This document shows, piece by piece, positions 16,266-20,000 of a DNA stretch of 20,000 nucleotides; the stretch's first letter is position 1; each line of letters opens with the position of its first letter. Source of the DNA: Stramenopiles sp. TOSAG23-2 (Eukaryota). The notes beneath the pieces were generated by a model. The model was given only the letters and a program-made list of their open reading frames with translations, did no database searches and was not told the origin of the DNA. The position numbers were made by a program, and so were the translations under genes. The stretch spans positions 57,262 to 77,261 of the forward strand of contig LT649241.1 of the NCBI GenBank assembly GCA_900128395.1, given 5' to 3'.

Positions 16266-19200
16266 TACAACGTACGACTTCGTAACTTTTTGGTCTTCGT
16301 TTTTTTCTACTACTATTACTTGATGATGACGATGTGGAGGAAGATACACTGGCAATACTTATCCGTGGTAAACTTTCAATTCCATCATCACCATTATTAC
16401 TATTACTACTACTACCACCACCAGTTGCAGTTGAATTGGTATACATATTTTTCAAAAATTTACTCATGTTTTGTTCAATAGTACGTGCATTGTCTGTATC
16501 TCTTTGTAAATGTGAAAATTTACGTTGTAAATTTTGAAATTCATTACGTTTTTCCTCCAATTCAGCTTTAACATTTCTATTTTCTTTTTCTAAACTGCTT
16601 AATTTTCTTTCGCAACGTTTTAATTCTTGCCTTAATCCGTTCTCACGATCTTCTGCTTGTGTAGCAGCTCTAATAGCTTCTTCCCTTGCAAGATTCATTG
16701 ACTCAACTTGTTTCTGCATTTGTACAAATGCTTTGTCATTATCTGCATCACCTGATTGCAATTCATCTTGTAAATCTTCAATTGTTTTCACTGCATTTGC
16801 TAATAATGATTGCGTCGATTGTAGTTTTTCTTCTAAATCAGCTTTTTCATCTTCTACTCTGTGAATTTCTTCTGTCAATTCTTTCGTACGACCTTGAAAT
16901 GCAAATACTTGTTGTGCTGCTTCATCTGTCATTTCTTTTAATTCTTTTTTAATTGTATTATTTGTATTGGTAAGTTTTTTCATTTCAGTTTTTTTCATAT
17001 CCATTTTTTTGCAACAATTCATCACAACGCATTTGTGTTTTTTCTTCCTGTTTAGTCGATTTCTCTACTAAATTTTCTAAATTTTTAATATCTTCTTTAT
17101 GTGTTTTATTTGCTTCTAATATTTTCATTTTTAACACTTGTTCTGAATCCATTCTAGATTTTAATTCAACAGTTACTTCCTCCAATTTTGATAGTGTCGC
17201 TTCTAGCGAACGTTGGGATTTACCTTTTTGATCATTTGCTTCAATTAATTCCTCATTAATACGTTTCAATTCTTGCTCTGAATCAATTTTCATACGTTCT
17301 AATTTACCTACATGTTTGGTCATTTTTACTAATTTTTCCTCAGCATCTAATTTAGCTTTTTGTATTAAACCGTGTTCTTGCTTCATTTCATTTTTTATAC
17401 GTTCCGACTCTTCTTTAAATGAAACTTCCATTTCTTTGCGATCTTTTGCAGCATTTTGCAATGAAACTTCAACGTCGTTGCAAGTTCTCCTTGCATTTTC
17501 AGCTGCCATGCGTAAAGTACGATTTTCCTCTTCTGTTGCACGTGCATTCTCTTCCAATTGTATAATTTCATCCGCTTGTCGTTTCAATTGATTTGTAGCA
17601 TTTACAAATTTTTCTTGTAATCTCTGTGTTTCCTCTTTTAATGCTTCAACCGTTTTTTTCGTAACACGGCCACTTTTCTTCGCCTCTGCAAATTTAGTAC
17701 GTTCCCGTTCCGTTTCTTCCTGTGCTTCTTTCATGCGCATTTGTAACATTTCCATTTCATCTTTTAAATTTTTTACAATACGATCTTTTGCTTTTAATTC
17801 TGTTTGCAACGTACGTGTTTGATTACTTTGATCTTCCATTTCTTTACTAATCATGATCGAACTTTTTTCTAAATGTGTAATTTTAGTTTTGTAACGATCG
17901 ATAGAATCTTCCGCTTTTTCCGCGCGTTCAATTGCCTTTTCCGTGCATTTTTCTGCATGGCGACAATCCTCAATTGCTTGCAAACATCTATTTTTTTCTT
18001 TCGTATATTTTTCAACTTCATTCTGTAATTCACCACGGACTTCAGCAACTTCTTGCACGTGATCATTTGTTATCGATTTCATTTTACTTTCTAAACGTAT
18101 ACGTTTCGCCTCTTCATTTTCTAGTGTTTCCTTCAAAATATCCATTTCTTTTAACAAATTTCCTCGTTCTTTTGATATTTTAGATCCACGTTCTCTTAAT
18201 TCGCTTAACTCGGCTTCATACCCGTTAATTTGTTTTTGTAACTTATTGCGTGATCCATCGCAATCTTTCAATTCCTTCACGAGACGTTTTAAATGTCCTT
18301 CCATTTCTGATTCATTAATCGACATATTGTTCATTTTATTAATTGCATTTTCTTTCTCTTTTTTTAAATCTGCAATATTAATTTTCATTTGATCCATTTC
18401 ACGATGTTTTCCTTGTAAAAATGCCGCTTCACGTTTACTTTGCTCTTGAGATTCTTCCAATCTACTCGTCAAGTTCATGATGGTTTGATGTTGTGTTTCA
18501 ATTTGTTGTTGAAATTTTTCACGTTCTGCACGAGAACGTTCTTGAACTTGTTGTGCGCGACCACGTACGTTGTTCAATGCGTTGCGCATTGATGCAATTT
18601 CATTTGTAATAGCTTCATTCGATTTCTTCAAATTGATTAATTGTGAACGTGCTATTTTACATTCTTGCCTTGCTTTTTCCGCATCTGCTTTTGCATTGTT
18701 CATTTCTGTTTTATACATATTAACATCATTTTTCATCGTTTCCGTTTCTGATTGCATTGATTGATGTAAATCCCATGTTTGTTGCAAATGTTTTAAAAAC
18801 ACTTCGCTAGTAGCACCATGCGTTGTTAATATACGATGTGAAATAGTGTTTCCACCAGTACCACCAGATGGACTTGCTAATAGTTTAATGCCATTTGTTG
18901 CAACAGCTGCGCCAGCATTAGCATGTGGTTGTTGCACCCTAGCAGTATTATTATCATATTGAGGTGGTTGCTGAGGAGCATATTGGTTATTATTGTTTTC
19001 CATTAATCTAGATGATGGTGGTGGGCCAGTACCTGGAGTTGAAGCATAATTTTGAGGATATGCTGGAGGTTGTGGTGGATACATCATATTTTGTTGGTTT
19101 GCATTACGATTATTATTGTTACTATTACTCCTATTGTTGCCGTTGTTATTTGTACTTTGTAATAAATTAGTTGGTACAAACGGTGGTGAACGATGTCTGA

Positions 19201-19480
19201 CAGGTGCTTGTACAGGTGGTGTTATATCCCGTTTTGATTTACGAGATTTACTTCCACGTGCACTGGGAGGTTGTTTGTTTCGTTTGCTTTTCTTTTTCAT
19301 AGTGGTAGTAGAAGACATAATGTTTCTGTTATTTTCTTTGTTGTTACTACTATTATGGTGACGACTACCATTAATTTGGTCCAACTGGTTTACGGTTTGT
19401 GCTAATTGAGCTTCCAATTGTTGTTTTCGTCTTAATATTTCTTCCGTTGCATAATTATTTTGTTGTTGTTGTCTCGACAT
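16240..19480 (-). CDS. Long coiled-coil protein with N-terminal Q/N/P low-complexity region (~1079 aa if one frameshift near 16989-17010 is corrected)
   Basis: The 831-aa and 261-aa track ORFs overlap in different frames. Deleting one A from either A7 run (17004-17010 or 16989-16995) fuses them, and E/K/Q-rich heptad composition continues across the join. Confidence 0.8.
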
Positions 19481-20000
19481 ATTGCTATACTATTTTTTTC
19501 CACAATTTTTTCGTGGTTCTTATTAACAATGTAATGATGATGATATATTAAACAATAATATATACATATATATATATTCAAACTTTATATATATGAAATA
19601 ATGTATACATCTAGGAGGTAAGAACTTTTCAATAAATATATATGGAGGAAAAAAGACTATTTAGCACTGAATAGAATTGATTGAATACTTTTCACAAATT
19701 TTAACGGCCTTACCTGGTGATGCTGGTAACGATCATCAAAGTGGTGAACACTTTTAAAATACTAAAATTCCAAATAATTATCACATAATACATATACACA
19801 GCTCCTTATTTTATATTATAATATAAATATCCGTAATGTAGAAATAAAATATTATTATACAACGATACTAAAATTATTTTTTTGTGAATATAAAATTCAT
19901 GTTTAAACATCTGAGGTTTTTGAATAATAAGTTCCAGCTGCCGCACTTCGAGATAAAAATTAAGTGTTCTCAGGAAGTTATTTTGCCTATATAAAATTGT

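Noticed and set aside
19600-19760. Possible small exon(s): donor-like GTAAGA (+, about 19618), GTAAGG (-, about 19718) and frame ELIEYFSQILTALPGDAGNDHQSGEHF*
   Set aside because: I could not build a consistent ATG-to-stop spliced model; unresolved without transcript data.

Overview
AT-rich eukaryotic (protist-like) genomic DNA using the standard code, with GT-AG introns and CTAAC/TACTAAC branch points. I can support six protein genes: a partial hypothetical ORF (1-1221, -) missing from the ORF track; a small multi-TM protein with a C-terminal ankyrin-like motif; one large 3-exon gene (10740->4812, -); a polycystin-2/TRPP-like channel; a RAD51-paralogue-like ATPase; and a long coiled-coil protein with one frameshift. 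The ORF track splits the 3-exon gene into about 8 pieces. Splicing two introns and collapsing eight exact tandem duplications restores one ~1511-aa frame: 4 TM helices, 2 cytoplasmic WW domains, a large ectodomain of 4-Cys/6-Cys modules, and possibly a PH-like fold split between the N- and C-tails. The window has 15 apparently exact tandem duplications (86-381 bp), 14 of them within 2117-10205; most are probably assembly artefacts. The intergenic region 10950-11710 holds nested inverted and direct repeats (MITE-like elements and a perfect 17-bp hairpin). All family calls are from motif recognition by eye; no database searches were run.
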